Assembly: GCA_943704425.1 (NCBI GenBank)
Contig: CALSCP010000572.1
Coordinates: 25,753-89,752, forward strand
Direction: 5' to 3'
DNA from: Ministeria vibrans ATCC 50519
Taxonomy: Eukaryota > Protista > Filasterea
DNA length: 64,000 nt
This document shows, one piece after another, positions 23,033 to 35,732 of this stretch. Each line of letters starts with the position of its first letter. The stretch's first letter is position 1. The notes under the pieces are model-generated. The model did no database searches, was not told the DNA's origin, and saw only the letters and a list, made by a program, of their open reading frames with translations. Made by a program: the position numbers and the translations under genes.

Positions 23033-26000
23033 ATGGTCCAGTCCAGTCGGGTTCTGTTTCTCCTGGTCGCAACCCTCGTGTTGTGCAGTGTCAGCGCTCA
23101 ATCGTGTCCCGCTGGCCTCGCCTGGACGTACGACGTGCTCAGCGGGACTCCCAACATGCCCACAGACTTTGTGGCGCGCAACATGGCGTTTGACAAGTCG
23201 CGCAAGATAATGTACATTGCGGGAGAGGTAACAAACAAACACTAAACTTCCACAAAAGCACAAAACAAACAATCATCATCATCATCATACTCACTGTGTT
23301 CCTTATTATACTCACTGTGTTCCTTATTAGACTGTCGCTTCAAAGGCAACGGTCATCGAATGCGCCGCGCCATACTCCAACCCATGCATTGTGCACCACC
23401 TGGATGCGTATGTGGGTGTGCCCAATCGTCGGATGAGCGGTGGTCGTGTCGTCTACGACGACCTCAACGACAAGCTCATTCACGTATCGACCGACGGCGA
23501 CGCCAACGACCGTCTTGTTGCCGTTATCTGTCAGGCCCCTTCGCTTCAGACAGCCTCTTGCTACATTAGGTACATCTCGTCTATGCTCTCCGAAGACGAT
23601 GGCTACGAGCCACATCCGTTTATCGTCGACAAAAAACTCTTTGTGGTCTCCCTCGTCAACTCGCTCGGCTCGCAACGCCTCGCATTCCACACATGCAGTG
23701 GACTGGATGCCTCATTTTGCATCCGCAAGACCATTTTTACGTGGAACTACGCCGAAAGCATTGCGGTTGCGGTCAACGCAGACACAAAATGGGTCGTCGC
23801 GACGGGCCTTATCACCACGGCCGTGTCTACCTCTTTGTCTACCTCGCGGCGTCGTGTGTGGGGCGGCACTTCGGACGATCGTCGTCGCGCCAGCTCCACC
23901 ACACAGAGTGTCGCTGCGTTTGGCTGCAATACATCACCCATCATTAGCACAACGGAGTGCAAGCAAGAGCCCCTTATCAACGCCAACGACGAACTGCTCG
24001 CTACGACCAGTGCCATCGTTGCGCGCTCCGACAACACCCTCCTCTCCGTCGCGCGCAACCACCAGAACGAACTGGAAGTGTCCGAGTGCAACACACTCCT
24101 TACCTCCTGCTCCACCCGCACCCTTGCCACTGTGGGTCTGCTCACAGGTGCCCCGGCAGTTCTCTACGACGCCATCACCCAACGCTTGCACATCCTCACC
24201 ACCCGCCTTGCCGACCGTCACCTCCTTCACACCGAATGCGACGCACTCCCTTTCACCCTCGACTCGTGCGTCACCACTGATATGTCCCTTGGTGTCTCCT
24301 TCGACGACCCCACCGCCACAAGCAGCAATGATGTTTCGCCGCCTCTCATCGCACATGACCCAACCGCCGACGCGCTTATATTTTCCGCCTCCGCGCAGTC
24401 CATCCCGCACCTGTGGTCCTGCGCCGATACCTCCGCGCTCGTCCCGTGCGCCTCCAGCCCCTGCCAACACCCCTCCGCTACCTGCACGAATGCCCCTCTC
24501 AACCAGTTCTCCGCACCCGGCGCCCTAGCGTTCACCTGTGCCTGCCCTTCTGGTTTTGCCGGTGCCCTCTGCGACATTGAAGTCGACGCCGCCTTTGCTG
24601 AAGTTGCTTCGAACGACATCAGCTCGCTTGCCTCGGCCTCCGCCACGCTCGTCGAGTTGTCTGAGCTCTCCCTCACGTCTGTTTACTCCGCAGCGATGCA
24701 TTCTTCCGCTGCCGCCATGCACCTGGTTGCGGCTCTTCAGCACGTCGCCGATTTCACACTCACCCTCTCGCTCAACCTCACGTCCGTGTTGGCCGAGCAC
24801 ATTGTCGACACGACGCTCGTCTCCGACATTGTCAGTGAGCAGCCCTCTTCGCTTGCCGAGTCCACTCTCGCAATGACCAATGCGCTCTTGTCGAACAATG
24901 CGTCGCGCACTTGGCTCGTCGAGCAGACCAACCAAGGTCCCACTCTGGCGCGCGTCGTCGAGACATGTCTGCGCACCCTTGCGCTTAACTCTACCTGTAA
25001 CGCCCCCGTGCCCACCATGCTTTTCCACGAGGCCTTTTCGCTCAACTACAAGCGCGTCTCGTCCATGAATGCCGTCACAGGTACCTTCAGCATCAACGGC
25101 TCCTCCATCACCGTTCCCGACCGCTTTCCTTCCGAATACGTTGCGAGCACGGCGCCCGCTCTGCTCGCCGCCCCTTGCTCTATCCCTCTCGAGCTCGCCG
25201 TCTACGCCCGTTCGCCCTTCCCCGCGCGACTCGCTCTCGGTGAGTCGTCTCTGGGCACCACCGTCTTCCTCGACTCGCCCATCGTGTCCTTCACCGCCGG
25301 CGCCGGCTCTGTCTTGGGCCTTTCCGACGACGCGAGCATTGCCATTGAGCTGACGGTTGGCAGTGAGCTCGTTGTGACGAAGCAAGTCAATGGCGTTGAT
25401 GTCGAACTGACAGCGGCGGAGCTTGCCGCTCGTCGCGGCTGCTTCTTCTGGTCGTACACCCTTGACGGCTGGTCGTCCAGTGGCTGTCGCAAGACCCACG
25501 AGACACGCGAGACCGTTACCTGCCGGTGCAATCATCTGACTAACTTTGCAGTGCTCTTTCAAGGTGACGCCACCACGACAGAGTCGCACCACCAGACGAA
25601 CTCCCCCTCCGCGCACGATGGCATCAACGAGTGTGCGTCTGCGCCCTGTCTCAACGGCGGAAACTGCACCGACGGCAGCGGCAGCTTCATCTGCGATTGT
25701 CCTATGGGCTACAGCGGTTTCCTGTGCGAGCAAAACATCGACGAGTGTGTTTCGAGTCCCTGCGCGCCCGAGGCCACGTGTGTCTCCAATCTCAACTCCT
25801 TTGTCTGCCTGTGTCAACCGGGCTTCACCGGCGCACTCTGCCTTGAGGACATTGACGAGTGTCTGTCACAGCCCTGTCTCAATGGTGGCTCCTGCTCCAA
25901 CCATCATGGCGCCTTTGCCTGTGCCTGTCCTGACACCTTCGAGGGCTTTACTTGTGCCGAGCCTTTTGACCCTTGCCGTTCGAATCCATGCTACGACGAC

Positions 26001-28979
26001 GCCATCTGTGTCGCATCACCGGGTGTCAGCGCGAACTTTGTCTGCACCTGTCCCCCCGGCTTTGTTGGCGTCCAGTGCGAGCAGAATTTCGACGAGTGTG
26101 CGTCGCAACCGTGCTTTGACGGCGCCACCTGCGTTGATGGGGTCAATTCGTTCATCTGTGTGTGTCCCAGCATGCGCTTTGGCCTTCTCTGCAACCAGCT
26201 TGTCGACCCGTGTCTCTCTCAACCCTGTCCCGCTACCCATGTGTGTCTGCCATCGCCCACCACGGTCGCTGCGCACGTGTGTGAGTGTCCCCGTGGTTTC
26301 ATGGGCACCACATGTGCCATCGAAATCGACGAGTGTGCCTCACAGCCGTGTCTCAACGGCGCCAGTTGCGTCGACGCCCTTGCTGGCTACCATTGTGCGT
26401 GTGCCGCGGGCTGGACCGGCCTCCATTGCACGCGCAACATAGACGAGTGTGCGTCGCAGCCGTGTCTCAACGGCGCCACCTGTGTCGATTTGCCCAATGG
26501 GTTTGTGTGCAACTGTGAGCCGGGACTCGAAGGGACCGTGTGTGACCAAGTTGTTGACTCCTGCGAGTCGTCGCCCTGTCACAATGGAGGCGCCTGTTCG
26601 CTCATTGCGCCGCTGCAGTTGGTATGTGAGTGTCCCATTGGCTACGAAGGGGTCTTTTGCGAGCGTCAAACCGACTACTGTGTGTCAAATCCGTGTCAGA
26701 ATGGCGCTGTGTGTGTCAGCCAGCACGCCACTGGCTCCTTTGCTTGTGTGTGTGCGTCGAGCTTTGCCGGTGATTACTGCCAAGTTGCACTGGGCTATGC
26801 GGTTTTGCTGTCCATTGGCGCCGATCACATGGACTTGACGCAGCACCAGTACGCCGAGGCGGGCCTCGTTGCAGTGGACGTACCGGCCAACTCGCTTGCC
26901 GAGACACTTGCGCTCACTGTGGGCGTTGCCGATGACCAGTCGCCTCGCACCAACGAGCCCTTTGCGCGTCGTGCCTCAGTCGTGTTTACGCTGTCACCCG
27001 CGACGACCTTCCTCAAGCCAGTGCGCATCACGGTGCCCGTGGGCGCGCGCAGTCGCGCGTCGCGCTTCAGCGTGTTCTACCGTGCCGAGGGCGCGACGCA
27101 CTGGGAGCGCGCTCTCGAGCCCAGCGAGAACCTCGATGCAGGCACTGTCACGGCGGGTCTCATGCACTTTAGCGAACTTATTGCTTACTACGAGCCGGTT
27201 GACGATGCGTTGGCAAAGGCCACGCAGGTGTTCACCTGGCTCGGCGGCGTGCTCTCGGTGCTCTGCTGTTCCGCTCTCATCGTTGTCTTCCTGCTGTTTC
27301 CTTCGCTACGCACCATTCCCGTCAAGTTCATTATGAATCTGTGTGTCGCCCTCATTGGTGTCAATGTGCTCTTCTTGGGCGGCATTGACCGCACTGAATC
27401 GCGCGCCGGCTGCACCACAGTAAAGCTGGCACTGTACTACTTCCTTCTCGCGACCTTTTCGTGGATGACTGCCATTGCGTTGCACCTGTACCGGTCGCTT
27501 GTGCGCGGTCACAACATCAAAAACGAGAAGCGCATCATGCTGGGTACGACCATTGTCGCCTGGCTGGTGCCCGTCGTACCCGTCTTTGTCGTGACCATGA
27601 TTGACGTGCAGACAGACATGTCGACGACAGGCCAGTCTGTCTGTTGGTTCACCACCGGCTCTACCCCCAATGCCCTTCTGTACGCCTTCCTTATTCCCGT
27701 GGCTGTCATGCTCGCCGCCAACATGATCATGCTTATTGGTTGCTACGTTGCCCTCGCCAAGAGCCGTCTGCGTCTGCGCCGCCAGATTGGCGAGAAGAAC
27801 CTTGCCGGTAGCTCACAACTGCTGCGCGCGTGTATCATTCTCGCGGCGACTGTGGGCCTGACTTGGGTTGTGGCGTACATTGCGTTGGCTGTGGACGTAA
27901 GAGAAATTACGAGAGTCAGATGTTAATTGCATGACGTAATTGAATGTTTATATATGTTGTAGGTTCGCGGATTGTGGCTGGTGTTTGCACTGTGCAATGG
28001 ATTCCAGGGAGTGTGGTTGTTCATTGCGTACTGTCTGGGACGTCGAGTGCGCACCGAGATCCGCAAAGGATTCACGGAGTGGCGCACACGGCAGATGAGT
28101 ACGTCGGGACTGCGCAAGGGTACGAGTGGAAGTGATGAGGGTGATGTTGATATTATGGTGCGTGGGAGCACCAAGAGCTCGGGAAAGAGCAGCAAGAAGG
28201 AAAAGAAGAAGAGAAAGAAGCGTCGTGGATCGACGACGGAAGAGATGGACGACGAGGAGATGCAGCGGAGTATCCAGTATCTGATGCAGAATGAGGAGAG
28301 CGGATCGCATTCGTCGTCAGGCATGGGCATTCTGCTGCGTGACATGACACACGGGCGTCTCACGAGTGTATGGGATCCCGAGGAGGTGTCGCGGTCGGTG
28401 CGCAACAAGACGGCCAAGTACGATGTGGAGACGGCGATGACCGACTCCATGTGGATGGCCATTGAGGATGAGATGCTGCGCGACGAGACGTACAATCAGA
28501 GTGAGGGCCTGGACGATATGTCGCCGCGCGCCGGCCGCCTCCAGAGTAACCCGGAGTTTAGCGATGATCCCACGCGTGGTCTGCTGGGCGCGTTGTCTTC
28601 ATCATCGCCGCCCTCCAGTGCGTCGCCTATAAAGCGCTTCAAGCAGTCCCGCCCCTCCCCCATTGTCACCAGCAGCTTGTCCACTTTTGACTCGGGCTGG
28701 AACATGTCGGAGGTGAGCTATTGCGACAATACGACGAACAGCAGCATGATGGCAACGCCACCCGACAGCCGCTACCAGCAGTTGGCGCAGGTCGACTCGC
28801 CTCTCCCTTCTGCCTCTCCCAAGTCTCCCCGACGCACCTCCCTCTCCCTCTTTCGCCGCACCAACACCAAATCCTCCTCCTCCAAAGCGCTTTCCAACGC
28901 CACTCCCATGCAGTCCATCCCCAGCTATCTTGTCCACAGCGACTCTTCTCCCGCCTGGACCGAGTCTCTTCAGCTCTAA
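23033..28979 (+). CDS. Adhesion-class GPCR A: signal, N-terminal beta-rich region, EGF, GAIN/GPS, 10 EGF, ZU5-like (HFS), 7TM, Ser-rich tail (about 1925 aa)
   Basis: Exons 23033-23227, 23331-27896, 27963-28979, all in frame with GT-AG introns. GPS CFFWSYTLDGWSSSGC...CRCNHLTNFAVLF. 7TM motifs MNLCVAL, GCTTVKLALYYFLLATFSWM, CWF, AFLIPVAVML, VGLTWVVAY, CNGFQGVWLFIAYCL. Confidence 0.88.
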
Positions 28980-29268
28980 CCTATTTATATTATTTGTATA
29001 ATTAATAATTGTATTCAAAGTTATTAAACGTTTTTGCAAAGACACCTCGCTTGCCAAGTTTGAAATGTATTTTCACGATGAATCGCCACGTAACTCTTTT
29101 AATGTGTAATTTCGTTGAGAGGTCACGATCGGTTTGGTAAAAAAATATTTCAATTTTAGTATACTTTTAGTGACAGTGAAAGGACAAACTTTTTCCCAGT
29201 AGAGATACAACGAAGACACACTCAGTCGTACAAAAAAAGAGAGAGTAAGTGTGTGTGTGAGTGATACA

Positions 29269-31179
29269 TCAGATTCGATCGAGTGGATCAAGACCAATGA
29301 GGGCAAGACCAGTTGCAAGGACGCGCTGGGTAGCCATGAAGAGGAGAGCACGGGCAGCGGCACGGGCACGGTCGGGCTCGTCGGCGACTCGATGCATATG
29401 GCAGGCGGCGTTGGCGGCGGATGCAGTTTCAACGAGAGCGCGGACGAGCGGGGAGGGGTCGCGGGCGGCAAGGGAGCGCTCGATGGTGATGGGAAAGGTG
29501 CTGAGTTGCCAGGTGAGACGGTGGAGGGAGGCGGTGCTCTCGTGTGGAGTAGTGCTATTGCTACTGTTGCTGTTTTTGTTATTGTTGGTGATGGTGAGTT
29601 GTTTGATAGCGTCGAGGGTAGCTGGGCAGCGAAGAAGTTCGCGTGTGCGCTCACGTACGGCGCAAGGGTCAGTGGGATCGGCGAAGATGCGGCCGTGACG
29701 GGCAATGCCGCACAAGCGTGTGTGGGTGAACTGCAGATAGGGTCCAGTGGTGCCGGAGGGAGAGCACATGCGCGTCCAGTCAAAGGCGTACGGACGAGTG
29801 CGGCCCAGATAAACGTCCTGGACTACCACTGCCGAGAGGCCGAGCACGTGAGCCGCATGAGACGGGTCTGTGGTACGCTGCCGTTCGCTGTCGGGTCGCT
29901 TATGGTCAATCCACTCCCGCATAAATGTCGTTGCCTCGTCCAGTACGTCTGAGAGAAGCACCACGCGACCTGCGCGTGTGCTCATACCCGTTACTGCGCC
30001 CACATCGATGTGATGACAGCAGTGCGCTGCCCACTCGTGTCCTGTGTCCCGTAGCAAGGCAAAGAGACGCGCAAAGTGCAGTCGCTGGTCTTTCCCGACC
30101 ACATAGAGAATTTCGTCGGGTTTGTACTTTTCATAGCGGTCCACAGCGGCCGCATAATCGCGACTAAGGTAAGTAGTGGTGTTTGAGTGGGAGCGTGCGA
30201 GTAGCGCACTGCCCAGTTCGTCACCCAGGTCGGCGAAAAGGCCACCCTTGTCGTCGAAGAAGCGCAGAGTGTTTTGTGCCGGTGGTTGCTGCTGTTGTGG
30301 CGGTGACGGTGACGCATCAATGGATTGACGCCAAAAGTGCGTGTATTGCTGTGCGGCCGTCACATAGTCGCTTTCGTAGTGGAACGCGTCGAAACGAACG
30401 CGCAAGCGAGCGTACATGTCTTCGAGTGCCGGCAGACTGAGGGCACGCAGGTGTTTCCAGCGCGCGATGAGGGGCTCGTGGCCACGCTCCATGTCGGACA
30501 GGTAGTGGCGGGCACGGTCGTGGATTGAGGGATCCGTTTCGGCGTGCTGGTGGACGCGTACGTACACGTCGACAAGGTGCTTGAGCAGGTCGACGGACGA
30601 CATCGTCTGGGCACTGGCATCGGCAAACAGGTCGAGCCCCACGCCCAGCATGCCGTACTGCTTCCCCCAGTCGCCCAGATAGTTGATGCTGACGGTGCGG
30701 TGGCCTGTGTACGCGTACAGTCGCTGCAGACAGGCGCCAATGTTTGTCGAGCGCAAATGACCAGCATGAAACGGTTTGGCGACATTGGGAGAGGAATAGT
30801 CCAGGAGGATGGTGCGCCCCTGGCCCAGGCTGGACGATCCGTAGCAGCGAGGAAAGGCAGAGGACGGCGAGGAGGAGGAGGAGGAGGAGGAGGAGGAGGA
30901 GACGTGTAGCGACGACAACTGATCGACTGTTGGAATCTGATCGCACGCAACAAGTACGTCGTCGACCGTCTCGCAGAACATGGTCTCTGGAGAGGGCGTG
31001 GCGAGCCACACTCGACCCGGGACTGTGTTGGTGAGCGTGCCCAAATGCGATTGGTGCGGAAGCGCACTCTGATCAGTCCGGATCACAATGCCTTGACGTT
31101 CCGGTCGCACCTGCATCGCGTGAGCAGGCACGTCCGTCAGGGCACTTAGCGATCGGATGAGTCGCGACAAGTATGCCAT
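29269..31179 (-). CDS. RARS2: Arginyl-tRNA synthetase, mitochondrial (RARS2-like) type, intronless
   Basis: DYSSPNVAKPFHAGHLRSTNIG (HIGH motif), INYLGDWGKQYG, YVVGKDQRLHF, GMSTRAGRVVLLSDVLDEA, GTTGPYLQFTHTRL, C-terminal VLATGLALIGLDPLDRI. The N-terminus MAYLSRLIRSLSAL resembles a presequence. Confidence 0.88.
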   Translation of the reverse strand: MAYLSRLIRSLSALTDVPAHAMQVRPERQGIVIRTDQSALPHQSHLGTLTNTVPGRVWLATPSPETMFCETVDDVLVACDQIPTVDQLSSLHVSSSSSSSSSSSPSSAFPRCYGSSSLGQGRTILLDYSSPNVAKPFHAGHLRSTNIGACLQRLYAYTGHRTVSINYLGDWGKQYGMLGVGLDLFADASAQTMSSVDLLKHLVDVYVRVHQHAETDPSIHDRARHYLSDMERGHEPLIARWKHLRALSLPALEDMYARLRVRFDAFHYESDYVTAAQQYTHFWRQSIDASPSPPQQQQPPAQNTLRFFDDKGGLFADLGDELGSALLARSHSNTTTYLSRDYAAAVDRYEKYKPDEILYVVGKDQRLHFARLFALLRDTGHEWAAHCCHHIDVGAVTGMSTRAGRVVLLSDVLDEATTFMREWIDHKRPDSERQRTTDPSHAAHVLGLSAVVVQDVYLGRTRPYAFDWTRMCSPSGTTGPYLQFTHTRLCGIARHGRIFADPTDPCAVRERTRELLRCPATLDAIKQLTITNNNKNSNSSNSTTPHESTASLHRLTWQLSTFPITIERSLAARDPSPLVRALVETASAANAACHMHRVADEPDRARAAARALLFMATQRVLATGLALIGLDPLDRI

Positions 31180-31475
31180 CAATATAAAGACGAAAATTTG
31201 AATAATAAGTCATAAGAAAATAAAAATTATTAGAATCAAGAGCTGTACTCAATGTCAAAACAAAACTATAATATACAAAACAAAGAGCAGCAAAATACTT
31301 CCGCCGTAGACTTTTAGACGAGAATGTCCCGATAGAAGCCCATAGACCCATAATAATAATTATTGTTATTATAAGTAACTATTATTATTAATTTATTATT
31401 GTATTAAATTTTATTTTATTTTGAGAGTTTACTCTGTACAATCTGTCTTTCGAAAATATAATTCTTATTGTGTTG

Positions 31476-33303
<1,828 letters not shown>

Positions 33304-33466
33304 GGACGCCAAATATCCCCTCGCAAGCAGCAGCAGCGGTGGTCGTCGTGGTGGTCGTGATGGTGGCGCAAATAGTGTTTAGGCAAGAAAATATTCGTAC
33401 AAAGTGTGAAAGTGAAATAATTTCAGTCATATTCAGTCATATTCAGTCTTACGTCTACAACATCCA
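33304..33466. promoter_or_regulatory. Probable bidirectional promoter, RCE1/TMA16
   Basis: Divergent ATGs 163 nt apart; contains three tandem TTCAGTCATA-like units at 33422-33450. Confidence 0.5.
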
Positions 33467-34091
33467 ATGGTGATCTCTTTCCCTCTTCTGTTCCCTCCAC
33501 GCTGACCCACCTCCACCCCCCTCCTGTGTGTTTGGATTGTGCTGTAGGGCCGCCACACGCAAGTGAACCCCGACAAGCAGATCCACCCGCATTCGCGCAA
33601 GGCAAGGAAGATGTCGGCCAACGCCACGCGCGACGTCCGCGTGTCCGCCAAGAAGGCCTCCCACGCCATCCATGTCGGCTCGAGACTCGTTGAGAAGATC
33701 CAGTGGTCAGTGTCGCCCCTTCCTCCCCCAAACGTCTGTAAAAAGTGTCATTTTGCGTAACCTTCGTTTTTTTTCTCTCTCTTTTTTTTGGACAGGTTTA
33801 AAGATCACTACCCGGAGAATTCGGCACTGTTGACACGCGCCGAACTTGCATCGTTGACCAGGACCTACCTTGCGCGCGAAGAGGAGTTGGGAGCAGCAAA
33901 GAAGAAGGTTTCATTCCCTATTGCACAAAAAGACACATTGCGTCTCATTTGTCTCTATCGCTTTGTCTCTCTCTCTCTATCTATCGCTTTGTTTATCTCT
34001 CTCTATCTATCGCTTTGTTTATCTCTATCTATCACTTTCTCTCTCTGTATCACTTTGTTTATCTCTATCTATCACTTTGCTTCTTTCTCCC

Positions 34092-34178
<87 letters not shown>

Positions 34179-34429
34179 GTCTCATCTGTCTCTTTCTCTC
34201 CTTCTCTCTTTTTCAGGTGGTACACGAAGCAAAATCTACGACTGCCGAGCTGCTTTACGACATGGAACGACGGGACGAGCGCAATGAGTTTGGATCGAAC
34301 CGACTGCGCGTGCCGGACCTGACGACCAAGGCGGGCGCACGCTCGTTGCACGAATGGCCCGGGACCGTGTCAACACTGCAGGCCGTGAAATTGATCGATA
34401 TTGGTGTGGCCAGTGAGAAGACTGCTTGA
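33467..34429 (+). CDS. TMA16: Translation machinery-associated protein 16 (multi-exon; first intron directly after ATG)
   Basis: M / GRHTQVNPDKQIHPHSRKARKM...LVEKIQW / FKDHY...TRTYLAR / ...ERNEFGSNRLRVPDLT...LHEWPG matches the TMA16 pattern IHPxSRKA...EKLQWF...GLEIPD...W. Confidence 0.85.
34095..34174 (+). repeat. (CT)n microsatellite in a TMA16 intron
   Basis: Uninterrupted CT run. Confidence 0.95.
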
Positions 34430-35732
34430 CGCACTCTCATGCTCTCGGTGGCCAGGTGTCGCATTCTTTGACTTTTTGTACTACGTAATATTGTGTTCTC
34501 TTCCCAACTTACCTCAGCAGAGAAGGCAGTTTTGATTGATTGTCTTGTCTTGCTGTGGCATTGAGTACAGCACCCGATTTCTTTTCCTTCTTCAATGTTT
34601 GTTTTAATTCCTTTCTGATAATCCTCAACTGAGTACTGACCTGCCATTGTGACAACCGCTCAAGTGTAATGGCTCATGCAATGCAGTCTGGTTGTGTTTT
34701 TCGCGCTCTATTGGACTGACTGTTACAATAAGGTATGCGCGCGAGAAGTGTAGAGCAGAAGTCACAAAAACTTGCAAGTTGTATTATATTAATTTTATTA
34801 ATAATTATTATGAATTCTAGCTAGCCCGCCGCTAGGAAGGTAAAGAGTAGAAGAAGACGAAAAAATCTATGTATTAGTATTAATTAGGTGTCCACGTCGC
34901 TCCTTATCAATGTGACTGTACACCACCAAACACCCCCCCCCCCCCCCCCCCATGGCGTCCTCGTCTCTCCCACGCTTTGCTTTCATCCATGCATGTGAAG
35001 AACACGTGACTATTACTTTATTTACTCCAGGTTCACTACCGCCCTCGGACCACCCTCCCCCTCTTCCCTCTTTCTAATCCGCCACAACGCCATTGTAAAT
35101 ATTGTTCCATTGACCAGCTGGCCAGTGGGATTCATTGGGCGACCTCATGCACCGCACACCACACGCATTGCGTACACATTCGTACCCAGTACAAATGGGG
35201 GTATGGGGCTTGCGCGTCACGTTATTTCCCTTGTACTTGTGTGACTTGTGAGTTGATCTCGCCTCATTTTTGATTCATTTTTGATAAGAGAGATAAAGGA
35301 GAGTACGATTTCCTTAATCCCTTATTTTTACTTTTTTTTGTTTCGTTTCTTGATCTGTGCGCTCGGTCGTCGGGACTGTCGACTCCCAAGCATTCTCTTT
35401 AGCTGCTAAACGCCATCTCGCCCCTGTTTCTTTGCCACACGCCGTACGAATTCGCATTGTCGTTTGAATTTCGTTTGAATCGTTTGAAAATCGTTTACGA
35501 CAAAAACTCATTTCATGAGCTCATATGAGACCAGAGAGCCAACGCTGCTCTCCCTACTCTCTCCTTCTGAAACCCCATGTGCTTGCCGCCACCTGCCGTT
35601 GGCGCGGCTTCCTCTCTCAGCCACCTCCTCCTTCAACCTCTTGTGTTGTTGTTGTTGTTGTTTTTTTTTAAAAAAAAGTTGTTTTTTCAGTACATCGCGA
35701 CCACTCAAACATTGGCGTGGCTTTGTTTCCGG

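Noticed and set aside
25620-26785. Notch or Notch-ligand ortholog
   Set aside because: EGFs are Notch-like, but no LNR, ankyrin or DSL domains are seen and the chain ends in a 7TM.
29251-29952. 233-aa + strand ORF
   Set aside because: Antisense to the ArgRS C-terminal domain; low complexity and no motifs.
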